Positions 38,668 through 52,115 of a stretch of 64,000 nt of DNA are shown here, in pieces. Below the pieces are notes generated by a model. That model saw only the letters and a list, made by a program, of their open reading frames with translations. It made no database searches and had not been told where the DNA came from. Both the position numbers and the translations under genes were made by a program. The stretch is from Takakia lepidozioides (taxonomy: Eukaryota > Plantae > Bryophyta), in assembly GCA_030704615.1 (NCBI GenBank), contig CM060733.1, forward strand, positions 49,414,001 through 49,478,000, read 5' to 3'. Positions within the stretch are counted from its first letter, which is position 1; every line of letters begins with the position of its first letter.

Positions 38668-41600
38668 ATGAGTGGTGGAGCAGCAAACGCACTGAGGATT
38701 CTGCTGGCTGGAGACGTTTGCGGCCATTTGAATCTTCTCTTCAAACGCGTGCTATCGGTTTCTCTCTCTCCCTCTCTCTCTGAGTCACACACACACGCAC
38801 ATATGCACAGAAAAGTGCTGGTTGTAAATGCTAGAATCGTGAATTCTGAAGGCTTGGGGGATCGAGAAGCTTTTAGTATTAGATGTTGACAGCCCTAACA
38901 TTTGAAGCCCGTGTTTGCAACAGGTAAACAAGACCAATGGCCCTTTCGACTTTCTCCTGTGCGTGGGACAGTTTTTTCCAGTAGATGCAAGTGGGATTGA
39001 AGAGGTGGAGACTTACATTACAGGGGCGAAGACTATTCCAATTCCCACATACTTTATCGGGGAGTATGGGGAGTGGGCCGCTGCGCTTCTGTCGCCTGCC
39101 AGATTAGAAGCAGCATCAGCAGGAATGCCATCCATGGATGGAATTCCCGTCTGTCATAATCTGTTTTGGCTCAAAGGTGGCGGCGTTTTCAATCTCAAAG
39201 GTGGGGCTATGGCATTTTTGAGCTGTAAGCAGTGTAGTATGGTTATGTCATGATTTCAATGATTGATACCGGCCCAGCAGGAATCTTGCCAAACTGTCCA
39301 AGGTGATTTTGGTGGAGGTAGCCTTCGTCAACTTTGTTAACCAGTGTTTCCCTGTTAATGTAATTTGAGAAATTTGATGTAGTTACAGCTTGAGTGTTAC
39401 TTAATTCCAGGACCATAGGGCAATATATTATATAATCAGTGCAGCATTTTCTAATGATACACCCTGTTTATATTTATGTGGAAAGGAGACTGTCTCACTA
39501 AGGGACATTTTGTGCTCAGTTGCACTTACATTGAAACAATGGCAGGACTCCGGGTTGCTTATTTGTCAGGGAAGCATAATGCGGAGCTGTATTGTGATGC
39601 AAAGCGGGCAGCAGATGCAGGAGCTCACCATGAGGATGACATTGACACACTTCGGGCTTTTGCAGATGACCCGAGTGTGACTGACCTGTTTCTCTCATAT
39701 CCTAACCCATTTTTCATAGTCCATTTACAACATGTTTTGCACTAAAGATTAAGAATCTTGTGTAGGCTCTATGTGGTTGTGGTGTCTGTGGTCTGCCACT
39801 TCAGAGAGGCGTGTGATTCAATGATGCAAAATTCACGTTGGTATTTTGTAGTATCCGAACCATATTCCTCCGGAAGTCATGAACCTCTCATCAAAGGAGG
39901 TTGAAGTTTTTCACCCCACCGTTGGTTTTGCTGATCTATACATGAAGACAGACCTAGGAACTGCTTTGCTGTCTGGCATCAGTGTAAACTAGAAGTCCGA
40001 ATCATTAGCTTGACAAAATCCATAGTTGCTGAAGGAGGATTAGAAAGAGCCAGAAGAAAAAGCTGAGAGGACATTACTTCAGCTTGGCTAGTGTAATTGT
40101 CTGGAGTTGTACGCTTCTGGGTCAAGATTGATGTGTATTTTTCTACTCAAGAAATGAGGAGTCCTTGACGACTTCCACGAATGAGTGGCCTCAGGGCATC
40201 CTCACTGGTGCTGACCTAGCAGGGGCTCCACAAGAAATCAACAGGGAGGCTACCGGCAGTACCATTGCAGCTGAGCTGGCCTCGGAACTCAAACCTCGGT
40301 AGATACATCATTTGCAACCAAGTTTCAACCTTTCGTTCTGCACGTTAATGTTAGACTGGGAACTTTTGTCACTCTTGATGGTGGTAAGGATGCATATCCT
40401 GATGATCATTTTTTTGCACAACCTGTCCAATCAGAAGACCCTTGGCCTTGGTTTGTCTTGCTCCCACATAAGCCAAGTGAATGCTTCGACCAGCTTTGGA
40501 AATGCACCTGCTTGTACTCATTGTGGTTGCTTGGGATTGTGACATCTGGTAGGACAGTGTTGTTCTGGAGTTTCTGCCACTCTTGGTGGTATGCAATTTG
40601 TTGGGGCAGTTTGAGACAATAGAACATGATAGAAAGCAAAGCCAGGGTTTAGGGTTTAGGGTTTAGGGTTTAGGTTATAGTGTGATGCTACAGTCTGCCA
40701 AGTAGAATGTGGGGTTTCTGAACTTGTAGCAAGATTTGTGAATATTTTCTTTTTGTTTGGTACACAAGCAGCTACCATTTTGCAGGGTCTGAGGGAGTGT
40801 TCTATGCTCGTGAGCCGTACAGCAATCCTCGGGTTGTTCACACCACTCGATTCATTGGACTTGCGGCTGTTGGCAATGGGAAGAAGCAGGTCTTTCCCTC
40901 TCTCTTCAAGGCCTTTAGCTATGTGGACCTCAAGTGCTGAGCTGCTTACCTGTGTGAGGCACTCTGCCTTCTTGCAACACCTGTGCTTTGTATGTTTTCT
41001 ACTATTTGTTTTCTCTTGTTCTTTGTTGTTCTCCTTGTTTCCCCCTTGGGCCTCCTGTGGATGTCATAAATTTCTCTCTCAGAGGCACAACTCCATCTCA
41101 CATCCTAGGTGCAGAGTTCGCATGCGTGCCACTTCAAACCGAGGCCCTCTTCCACCTTACAATCTTTCTTCATAGGTTACGAGCCCTTCCACCAATGGAC
41201 TCTCTATTGCTTCACTATTACCAGAGAATCCAGAAGGGGTGGACGTCACATCCAAACAGGATCGCAACAGACTCATTAGAAGGGAGCTTATGGAACTACA
41301 TGTCAGGAGAACTTGGAAGCTACCCAATCTCACGACAAAGCTCCATTTCTATCAAGAGACATTCTTGGTTCTCCGAGATGATAGATTCTTGCGGCCCAAT
41401 TACCTTTTGGCACCTTTATCTCCTCCCCTCCTGAGGGCATTGGGGCGGTTCAGGGTGGGCTCCCACAATCTACAGATAGAGACTGGCAGATGGGAAAACC
41501 TGCAACGGGAGGACCGCCTATGTCCAGCTTGCACAGGGCGCAACCGGGAAATTGAAACTGAAGAACACTTCTTCTATTGCCCTCTATACTACAAGATCCG

Positions 41601-44600
41601 TGGGAGATTCCACTGTCTATTCCGCAGAACCCAATCTCTCACTGAAGTCTTCCACTATGGATCAGAAATGCTTGGCAGCTTACCTGCACGAGGCCTTCAC
41701 CCTTAGACAATCACTCGAGCAATAGTTTTACTTCTGGCTCTGGTTTTGTTTCCTCTCTCATGTTTTCTTCCATTTTGTCCCATAAGCTCTATGAGCTTTC
41801 CGCGGATGTTATAAAGTACAATTTGATTTCATTTCTCTCTTCCCAATCCTTGTGTTGTGTTGAAGGTCCAGATCATTGAGCACTGCTAACAAAAAGTTTG
41901 CCATCTGCTTGTGCTATTCACCTGGCAGAAGTTCATTCACGCATTGTCTCTTACTCCAGCATCTGCCATGCAATCCTTGGACTTGGCCACACGACCCCCC
42001 AACACCACCATGTCTCCCTATGAGATCAGAACCCGCATGGGCAACCAGAAAACTCCCGTGCTTCCAGGAGCAGCATTGAAAAGGGGCTTAGCTCAAAGCG
42101 GCAAGGATACTACTGACTCCCCTGAAGGCCAGTATTGGAGATATGATGTCTCTCAGGGGAAGCGACAGCGGCGGGATGATGGTGGTGACAGGGTTTGCTT
42201 TGAGTTTGTTAAACAAGGGTCATGTGCACGTGGTGAGAATTGTAGATTCAAACATGACTTCGGAAATGGAACTCCGATTCCAAAAGGAGCTTGCTTTGAT
42301 TTTGTTACGAAGGGCGAGTGTGAGAGGGGTGCTGATTGTCGATACCGACACTCTTTAGACAAGGAGCAGGAGGATGGAGGAGGGGAGGCTCTACCTCCTG
42401 GGGTATGTTTTGACTTCTTCAGGAAGGGGAAATGCGAGAGAGGGACTGATTGCAGGTAACCTCTACACCTTCTTAAAAGTTGTTAAAATAAGCTAGGTCT
42501 GGCTTCGTGTTCATCCTGTCTCTCTCCTCCCTCTCTCCTGCCAGTCTGTAATGAATGACTGAGCTTGGCTGGGTTTTAATGTTACATTATTTTGTTTTCA
42601 ATCTGGGGTGTCTTCCTGATTTCTGCCGTTTTGCTGTCCATTAAAGACCTCTCTCCCTCACCCACACATGCCTAACCTAAATTTGACATTACCTCTGGTG
42701 TGCTATCAGGTTCAGCCACAGCCTAGACAGCCCAAGACCAATAAGGCCTCCCCGAGCACCACCGGAAGCTTGCTGGTTCTGTCTTTCGTCGCCCAATATT
42801 GACACTCATCTGGTAGTCTCAGTCGGGGACCACTGCTATTGTGCTGTGGCGAAGGGACCTTTGGTTCCTGGCCATGTTCTGATCCTCCCGATCGAACATT
42901 ACCCTTCCATGGTCTCACTACCTCCTGATGCAGAAACTGAATTACAAAAATACAAGGAGTCTCTGCGGTCATGTTTTAAGAGCCAAGGCAAGGCAACAGT
43001 GATTTTTGAGCGCTACTTGCAGCTACGAGCAGGAACTCATGCTCATCTCCAGGTATAGCAGCTGATTTTTTTGCTAAAGGGAGGCATCTGGGCTTGCATA
43101 CTGCAACAAGTTCAAAGAAACCAGCATAGAGCTCAGAAGGAAGGGGAGAGAGGTATAATATACTGAGCCAAGAGGACATCTTGTCTAGAACCTCTGCATT
43201 GCCAGGAAACAGAGAAGAGATGGAGGGCTGGAGAGAATTGCAGATTGAGGTAGACAGAATCTGTAAGAAGTCACGGACCAAACCAACAACAACTTTCCAG
43301 AAGAAAAACATGATGTGTGAGAGGGCAGCAGGGCAGCAGACTCTATGAGTCTCTTGTTCTCGATATGTGAATCTTAGGCATGCTTAAAGTAAAGTTATCC
43401 TTAATTATGCCACCTTCAAAGTGTATTGTACTGGATATGGCATGCAGGTAGTCCCAATCCCACCGGCGAAGGCATCAAGTGCAGAGAGCGCGTTTGTAGC
43501 GGCTGCCAAAGAAGTGGGGTTTGAATTTCAAGTCATCCACCCTGGTAAGATGTTTATGACCTCTGCAGTGAGCCACTTGCAAGTTTTCATATAGGTCATT
43601 GTTTAGAGGTTGTTGTCGGCTCTGGAATGTTTGGGTTGACTTCCATAACCTTGTCAGTCAGAGTCCACAATTGCCTTGGGGAGGGCTAGCATGCTATGGC
43701 GCCTAAGTGATTCATTGGTTTATCATAGCTGATATCTCATGTCCGGGTGCTTTTCAAACATCTATGTGAACTTGTGCACTTGAGAGCAATTAATATCCCT
43801 TAGTGGTGTCCTCAGGGAGTCTACCTCGCTTTCCCTCAGTTAGGCCTGTGAAAAGGCATCTTAGATTGATGAGGGAAATGAGATGGGAATACCAGACTCT
43901 GCAGTATAAGAGCAGACCATCTATGTAGATTGAAATCCCGGATTTGCACAGGGAGGTTTGAGAAGAACGTGATTTGTAGATACGGCTATGGCTGCCTGCA
44001 GGGGACGTGAACTCGGAAGGGAGACCAGTGGTGAAAGAGTTGATCGGTGGTGGAGAGAACTACTTTTTTGTTGAGCTCCCTGAGGGCACAATATTGGCTC
44101 ACCAGCTTGCCCAAGGACAGAAACTACCTATGCAGTTAGGCCGGGAGGTGAGGCCCCTCTCTCTCTCTCTCTCTCTCTCCCTCTCTCAGCTCTGTCCACC
44201 GCTGAAGACCATGCATTGTTTTTATTTTACTTTATCCTGATGTCACATCACCAGGTAAAAATCCATATTACATTCCTGTCTTTTTCAGTTTAAACCACAC
44301 CGTGGAATTGTTTATGAAGAAAACATACCTTCACAAATATGCCTTCATATAATGCCCTACTTCAAGGGCAGGTACATTTCTGAATAGCTGCACATTTCTA
44401 GTATTTTTCATGTATGTATTTTCATATATTTTCCATGTATGTGCTGGGGGACTCACCTCATGTGCTCAATGGATATGGTGTATGCAGGTGGTGGCAGCCT
44501 TACTGGAAATGCCTGAAAGGTGGGACTGGAAGGTGTGCAAACTAGATAAAGAGGAAGAGAGCTCTATGGCTGACCAGTTCAAAGAACAGTTCCGTACTTT

Positions 44601-44616
44601 TGATCCGATGCTGTAA
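38668..44616 (+). CDS. CWF19L1: CWF19-like protein 1 / zinc finger CCCH domain protein 64 (metallophosphoesterase-like + CCCH fingers + CwfJ domains)
   Basis: RILLAGDVCGHLNLLFKRV; GPFDFLLCVGQFF; DLFLSNEWP; YHFAGSEGVFYAREPY; three CCCH fingers (41929-42456 onward); CWFCLSSP; GHVLILPIEH; THAHLQV; YFFVELPEG; QLGREV; FKEQFRTFDPML*. Confidence 0.95.
39697..40178 (+). other. U12-type (minor spliceosome) AT-AC intron
   Basis: 5' ATATCCTA, branch site TCCTTGAC at 40162-40169, 3' AC at 40177-40178; removal gives in-frame DLFLS/NEWPQG. Confidence 0.93.
40644..40674. repeat. Interstitial Arabidopsis-type telomeric repeat (AGGGTTT)x4
   Basis: agggtttagggtttagggtttagggtttagg in an intron. Confidence 0.85.
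41085..41840 (+). mobile_element. 5'-truncated LINE (family A): ORF2 C-terminal cysteine-rich region + 3' UTR, in CWF19L1 intron
   Basis: RFRVGSHNLQIETGRW..RLCPAC..ETEEH..CPLYYKIR is typical of the end of non-LTR ORF2. 3' UTR ends atttcatttctctct. Confidence 0.85.
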
Positions 44617-45264
44617 ACGGTGTATGTTTCAATATGATTAAGTTAGGGAATGCAGCAAAGCTTCCACAGCATTTCAGTCCCATGTCTTGGTGCCTAAATT
44701 AAAGATGAGCTCATCCTACTGTATATACTACTTTATTGGCGATAATTGTCCATATGACGTGAGGACAATGCATGTGAGGTCTTAGAGTGAGCAAGTTAAA
44801 CTTGTTGGAGTAATGTGGTGACATCAGAATTGACATGAGGGGAGCTTGACATTTATTGTGTGGTAGCAAGCTACTAGTGTTCATACATTTGTCTGTTATT
44901 GATAAGTGTGTGAGCACACACGTCTTAGTTTTATTCTCATGATTAAAAAGAAAAAAACATGAGAAGAAATGGCAAAACATGAGATGGCAGATCAAAAGCA
45001 GCAGCATTGTTTGTATATGCAGATTCCAAATCTGTATAGAATTATAATATAGCTAATGATAAGTAACTTGTAACAATTACATTACATTATGACACATGAA
45101 ACTATATGAAGGCCTCAAGACTACGCAGATCAAGCATGCGGACATATACTAGAGGAAGAGATGAGGAACATAAAGAGGTGGTCGACATTGAAAGTGTTCA
45201 AGGGACTCATTGTTGGGTAGAAAACAATTAAGATGATGCAGGTGCTGCTGCATCTGATCAGGTT

Positions 45265-46541
45265 CTAAATCTCTTGTAGTTGGTGATGGACATTGGTGAT
45301 GGCCCTGAGCTCTGGGAAAACTGAGTCAGGATGCCGGTAGCGCTTGTGCAGACTGTGCCAGTGAACATTGCCAGACATGAGCTCCTTCACACCTTCCACA
45401 TAGCGCACGACATGGGCCCAAGGCTCAGATGCCTTGCACACGGCCAACTGCGTCTCCAGCTCCAGCACGACGCAAGTGTATGAGTTCACTACGTCCACGG
45501 ATCTCCACGCAGCTTGGGGTAGCGGTATGCCTTCACGTTCCATCAACACCTTGATTATATTGCGCGGATTGTCTTCCTGCGCCACCTCCTTGGGGTAGGA
45601 GAAAATATCGTTGACGAAAGCGCCCTGAATGCCGGCCGCGTTGGTGAGCGCACCTCGTCTGGAAGAAAGGCGTTCTTGGCAAATTCCACGAGATTCAAAA
45701 GAAACAAGGCTCCCGAGTTCCAGGCGCGCATTTGGGTGTAAGACTCCAAATCTTGCAAATATAAGCGGTCGCCTGCAATGTCGGCTTGGCTGGCAACGCT
45801 CACTCTTAGGTACTCGATGACAGCGTCTGTAAGAGTATTGAACCATTCCGGGTTGGACAAGCGTCTCATGTCCTGACCCACTTCCCACATCATCCCCTCG
45901 ATTGGGCTGGGATCGCACGGAGGCTCTTGTTGCCTCAAGAGGAGCTTCAAGTTGTCGAGGAACTCTCCGATTGTGTGATGGCTCTCACGGATGCTGGAGC
46001 AAGTCGTTTAGCGAATCAAACAAAAGATCATCTAGGATCCACATGAGGGTGTACACAATAGAGACGGCTACCAAACGATCAGAACTGACGGTTCCGCTGT
46101 ACACAAAGCTGACCATGGAGATGGAGAGACGACAATAGGATTCAAACGAGTTGATCTGCCAGTGCTCCGCAATTTTCATGAGGCGTTCCTCGGCTTCAAC
46201 TACAAATATGCTCTGCCGTCGAGGTGGGAGGCCTCTGATAACCATGGAGGAGACGAGAGGTGGAACCTCGATCTCATCGTTAATCGTGGGGATCTTAACC
46301 GGACGTAAATGCTCAAAGCATCGCTGAAGAAGGGAACTAGACCAGCATTTGACAGGAGAAGAGAAGCAAGGGCGCTTCTGAAAGGCAAAAGTAGGGAGGG
46401 AGCGAGGGAAGAAGGAAGGCAGGCTTCGGCAATGAAGTGACAGACCATTCTGGAGCTGGGGAACCATTCTACAGTCCTCCGGCAGCTGAAACTAGAGCGG
46501 CCTACTCGAATGCCCAGATCATCGGTTGAGTACCTACTCAT
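45265..46541 (-). pseudogene. MTPSL: Microbial terpene synthase-like (class I) gene with two frameshifts
   Basis: WILDDLLFD (Asp-rich), MRAWNSG (effector Arg), NDIFSYPKE (NSE triad), WHSLHKRY (WxxxxxRY), spread over three frames with breaks at ~45987 and ~45650. Start (46541) and a possible 5' intron are uncertain. Confidence 0.85.
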
Positions 46542-47273
46542 GTGCAGTCTGTGGAGCTCCCGACCGGCAGCTGAGTGGAGCTGGAATGCTGATCTTGTAT
46601 GTATTTATCCTGCAGTGGCGGCGCGAGTGCCCCTCCACTCCAGCGTGAAGCACGCACAGGGTCAGTAAACTGTAATGCCTGGCCAGCCTGCCGTAGATTA
46701 TAGGATTCACAGCCTTGGACGGTGGATTAAGCTCACCGGTTTACTTCGAGGGAAAAAGCTGAAACTTCTTTACGAGAGCTTATTCCTTTCCTTACAAGTA
46801 AGTGGAGAATGGGACAGCCCATGTGTTGGAGAACGGGTTATCTAGATTGGTGTATCAATCTACCTACTCTGGTGAGTAATTGAATCGAGTGCAGCCTACC
46901 CTCGAAATTTTTGGCCCTGAGGAATTTTGAGCTAACAATCAAGAAGGGTTAACGGACGTGCATGTACAAACACTTCGTCCCTTTTGGGCCGTTGGGCTCT
47001 GCCCACATCTTCTGATCTAATCAGTCCTCCCCAAGGTTAATTTTGCTTGCTCATTAAGTTTGAGTTAAGGCGTGAGGCTTTGTATAGCAATGAACAAGTT
47101 AACACCTAAGTAGACTGAATTTTCTCTGAAGTTGGCAATTCATGAGGAGTATGTTTGATTATGAGGAGATTTGTTCAATGAATTCAACCTCCTCTTGAAT
47201 GAATCATTGACCACTTTAACATCTATTGGATATTTGGGAACTTATGACACCGCAGCACTTTTGAAACCTACTA

Positions 47274-47795
47274 CCGTACTGACCTAGCTTATTAGGCAAT
47301 AATTAATTCAAAATCAGGTGCCTAATTAAATTTAGAACATTTTTGGAAAATGTGCCTAAAACTTGGAAAATTTTCTTGAGAAGTGCCTAATTGCTCGAAA
47401 ATTGTGAAAATCACCAAGATGTCCCTTGGAGAAAATGCCTAAATTGTATTATTTAAAGTTAAAAAAAAGGCAAAAATGCCTGCAATTTATAATTTCATTT
47501 CCACACAACTTCCAAAGGGCCCTGTATTGATGCAACTACATCTTCATAAGCCTCATCACCTATCTCATGTGAATCTTCTGAATCTGAGAGAATGTTTTTT
47601 TTAAGGAAAATTACCTCAACAATAGTTTTTGAGGAAGGTAAAAAACAATTGTTCATTATTACCCAGGGTCGACTGTAATGCATGCCTAATGTTTGGATAT
47701 TACCTAGGTGAGGTATAAAAACGAATCTGCCTAATAATATTCCATTTTTATTAATTATTAGGCGCGGAGGTGCCTAATAAGCTAGGTCAGTATGG
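47274..47795. mobile_element. Tc1/mariner (pogo-like) MITE, 522 bp
   Basis: TIR CCGTACTGACCTAGCTTATTAGGCA ... TGCCTAATAAGCTAGGTCAGTATGG (1 mismatch); TA on both flanks. Confidence 0.88.
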
Positions 47796-47880
47796 TAGTG
47801 TATGAGAAGATACGACCCAATATTTAGTGTATTTGGGTCGAAATGCCGAACAATAAGATAGTCAATGGCAGACTCTGGAC

Positions 47881-48566
47881 CAGTGTTGTGCGGGTAATCA
47901 TTTACCCGGATTTACCCAGAAGGTAAATCAGGGTAAGGGTAAATGATTTATCCGGATTGGCCCATTTCATTTACCTTTACCCTTCAAACGGGTAATAATA
48001 TGAGATACCCTTACCCTTACCCGTCTGAAGGGTAAATAGTTTCCATATACCCTTTACCCGCGGATAAATAAATATTTTGGAGGGTGAATAATAAGAGGAT
48101 AAATGAAAAACTACAGATAGGAGTTGCACCCTTATTGCTCTATGAAAGACCATGTTGCCATATAAATGTTGAGACTTAAATTTGAAAGCTTCTTGAGAAA
48201 TCCAAGTGATACTCTTTCAGCGTCCCACTCTTGTGCGTGTGTAGTGCAACCCTGAAATCAGAGCTGTTAAGGCTTTGCCCATTTGCCAACAACAGCAAGC
48301 GATTCAGCTACAGTTTTACCGGAAACTCTACTGACCTTGACAGGGAATGACACTTCCAAGGCAGGCTCCTCCGGAACAAATTGTTCTATTTCGTCCGTGG
48401 CATTTTTGTTACAGTGGTAATTATTTATTTTATTTTAAGCTACCAACCATAGCCTATGGATTTTGCCTCACTTCATTACCTTACAAATGAAAAATGCCAT
48501 CACAATTGAGATCTCATTATTATCTTTACCCGGATCTCCGAGAGGCCTAGTTTATCTTGATCATCC

Positions 48567-48603
<37 letters not shown>

Positions 48604-48991
48604 CCCTCATATTATTCACAAACATATGATATGGCGAGCCTCATACTAAACCAAAAAATAGACCATTAGCTAGTTATATTTTTTGAGTTGAGCATATCAA
48701 ACTAAAAAATATATATATCCTTCAATATATGCTTTTATTTACCCGGCGGATATAAGAAGGGTAAATCACTTATCCTTACCCGGTATTTATCCTTACCCTG
48801 TCAAGAATATTGGCCTTTATCCTTTACCCATAGGATAAATAAATGGACAAATAAATAATTTACCCTTACCCGTAGGATAAATAAATGGACATATAAATAA
48901 TTTACCCTTCCTCGGAGGATAAATAAACCTCTGATTTTTATTTACTCTTACCTGGCGGGTAAGCAAAAATCTATTTACCGGCACAACACTG
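47881..48991. mobile_element. Non-autonomous hAT element, ~1.1 kb
   Basis: TIR CAGTGTTGTGC(G/C)GGTAA; 8-bp flanks ctctggac / ctccagac (6/8 match); many subterminal TTACCC/GGGTAA motifs; internal (TA)n. Confidence 0.85.
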
Positions 48992-51900
48992 CTCCAGACC
49001 TCGCTCTCAACATCTGTCCCGGTTCTAGAGATCAGACTCTACAGAGAAGCTTAAAATATATCACATGACACAAATTCATTGGTAGAATTGGCCAATAAAT
49101 TCACAGCTGCGTACTTAACGATCCCAATTCGATGGTCAAAAGACACCGCATGTTACCTAGATTATAAGGGAACTGAGAATCCAGTTCAAATGTTAGACCT
49201 AAGGAAGATCTTCTAGTTAATCTTGTAGCAGATATCTTTATTGACCTGTTTAACGATATGCCTCTTGGGTCGGTTGTGGACCGTGGTCAAGTGAGTAAGG
49301 GTCCCCGGTACTGTGACGGTATTGATACGCAAACTTGGCAGTACTTGTCTTTGTAACATCAACAAGCATTTCCTACGATAGGATCCATCAGATATACTCA
49401 CTACCGACCTTCCACCTTCCACCTAGCACGGCAACGATATATCACTCGAAATCAATTATATAAAGTTTTATATGAATATGTATGGTGTAGTTTCTTACGC
49501 TGCGAAGTAAACCGGTCCCAATCTGGTTGTTTCTGAAGGCTACGGCAGTCCCAGTGCAATAGAACCCTAGTTGCAGAGTCCCCTAACTTCAACCCGGTAC
49601 CACTGCAACTGATCATAGCTGCCATGGTCCTCCCACCAAGTGATGACCCTCCCTTGCAGACTTGGCATATTACGACTATCAAGTCTACCACACACAACTT
49701 TACTGAGAGAGAACAATGAGAGACACTCGTCTGTTACCTAGGACTGGGACCGGGGAGCCACCGTCATTACGACGTGGCTACCTAAAATTCGCAGGCAGGG
49801 AGGTATGGTATAACAAAAAAGAGCAATATCAGTAGTGGGCCCGCTCTCAGGTCACCATGCGGCCTCCTTACGAGGAGGCCACACAAAATTGAGAGGCACA
49901 TGAGGAGCCTGATACATACTGCCCTTCCTAGCGGAAGGCAGTAACCCTTCCGGCTCAACAGACACCATAACTTGGTATCATATATATATATATATATATA
50001 TATGGCACCCAACCAAGATTTTTGTAGTGAGGAATGCAACGGCCTCGATGTCCAGCCCCACCTACCACTCCTAAATGCCCAAGCAAGCAACCACATTGTG
50101 GTCCCCGGTTAAATTTTAACCGCGGTTAGGTCAGTGTTGATGAAGAAGAAAAATTGTTTGAAATCCAGTTTCCAACACAATGGCATTTTTCAAATTGATA
50201 ATTTACCTCTTTATTTTTTAATATAACTTTTGAATATGGGCTGCCCTAAAACTAACCGTGGTTAGACACGGGTTGGACAGGGAGTGCAGTTTGCCACGAT
50301 ACCCAACACGAGACTTTGGTGGTCCCTGTCCCTGTCCCTCTGCAGAGCTGCAGGTACTAATAGGAATGAGAGTGTGTTGAGGTGCAGGGTGGCTCAGAAC
50401 TGTCCTAACTTAACTTAACCAGTGCTACACGTGTCCAGGAACAGTCCTCCCTGTGTCCAGATGTGGACCCTCAATAAAATCCAGAATAAAATTTCCCACT
50501 CCATAGCAATAATTAACTAAGGAAGGGTCAGAAGGGCTCTCCTCACCAGTGTTGGACTGGTATACCGATAAGAAACTGGCTGGTATGAAGTACCAGACCA
50601 GTCTGGTATCACCTCAGGCCTCCTCATGTTTTAGGACCTGTTTTTTTTGCTGTGGAATCCTGTGTCTGCCTTTCAGTCAGTCTGTTGGGCTTTTAGTCAT
50701 GTAGGCACCTGCTACACGGAGACCTCATCAGGATCTTAGGGACTCACTAGTCAACACATTAATTTGTGTGTTGTATGGTTACATGTAGGACACAACCCTT
50801 ATGTGTTGTCTTGATCTTTCTTGTATGTGTTGCTCAGATAGCTCCACATCTGGTCTCCCCTTTTCTCCAGTAACACCTGGAAGATCCATACACTCTAGGC
50901 ACCCCCCCAACTACTGTCCCCCTGCTGATACATGGGTTGTACTCATACGGCTCTGCCTCCCACAACCCCCTAGAACCACTACTTCCATCTGCCTTGTCTC
51001 TCCACAGACCACCAACCTATTCCAAGTTGGATGGTTGTTCAACTCATCACAGTGAAATGAAATTTTGTTATGGGGTGGAAAATGCTATTGTAACCAGTGT
51101 TAAACCTCCCCGGGGTTGGAGAGTGGGGAGGCGAGGGGTGTGTACAGCTTCTGTGGGTCAATGGGTGCTGGGCACGAGGGAGCAGTCTTATTACTCCGAG
51201 GCATCAAAACGATTGGACATTAGACCCGTTGTAGTAATGCATGGCAGGAGAGTTTGAAGCGCAGAGACAGTGCAGCGGTCACTCATTATGGCGCCAACTT
51301 TGTCATAACAGCGCCTCACTCTTCCATCGCCGTCTCTTATCAGCGTGTCCCCCGCTTCTTGCAGCCGCACCCACATCTTCGTCTCTGTGATATAGTCCTG
51401 CTTCAATTGCCCTTCACTTGTCTAGTGAGGGACTTCTTTACGGCTGCCGAAGGTGCTGCAGTGGTGTCGAACGAGCTTACTGCAGCTCCATGACTATATG
51501 CCCACCCTAGACTCCCGTTCCTTCTCGTTCTGGCTGGTTCTCGAGCTCTTCTAGGGTAGAGTGGAGACTCGTTACCGCGAGGGCACTCGGGATTGATCAA
51601 TTCAGCTTGCGGTGTAGCTCGAGTAGGACGTTGTTTCCTTCAGGATAGAGGGGTGTAATTGAAAACAAGGCCATGCTCCTGCGTGAGTGGATACAGAGGA
51701 CGTTGCACTGATCATATGTCACGGATCAGGTCCGGAGGCTGGCTTCGGGTTATTTTGTGGTCCTACAAGTACCCACTATTTGTATCGTAATGAAAAAGTT
51801 TCAAGGTGCACTGACTTGCAGTTGTTGGATTCCAGAATAAGTGGTGTGTGCTTCGGTAACGTCACTCGAGTCGGCCCAGAGACGAGTGGGTTGCTTTAAA

Positions 51901-52115
51901 GAAGTGTCTAGGTGATTACACCAAGTCCAAGGAGATTGGAAGCTCACGAAAGGGAAGCTCATGTCAACCAAATTGGCGGAGCGAGCAGTAGTTTCGTATA
52001 TGACTCTGTTGTTACACTGAGCTTCCACCCCTGATCTGCTTCTCCTACCCTTTTCTCCAGTCCACATGAGGTTCCTACTTTCATCTTCTCATTTTTGAAG
52101 GCAAAGTTGAAAACC

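Noticed and set aside
49150-49980. Possible LTR plus PBS (tgttacctag twice; tggtatca before (TA)n)
   Set aside because: PBS match is only 8 nt and no second LTR or TSD was found.
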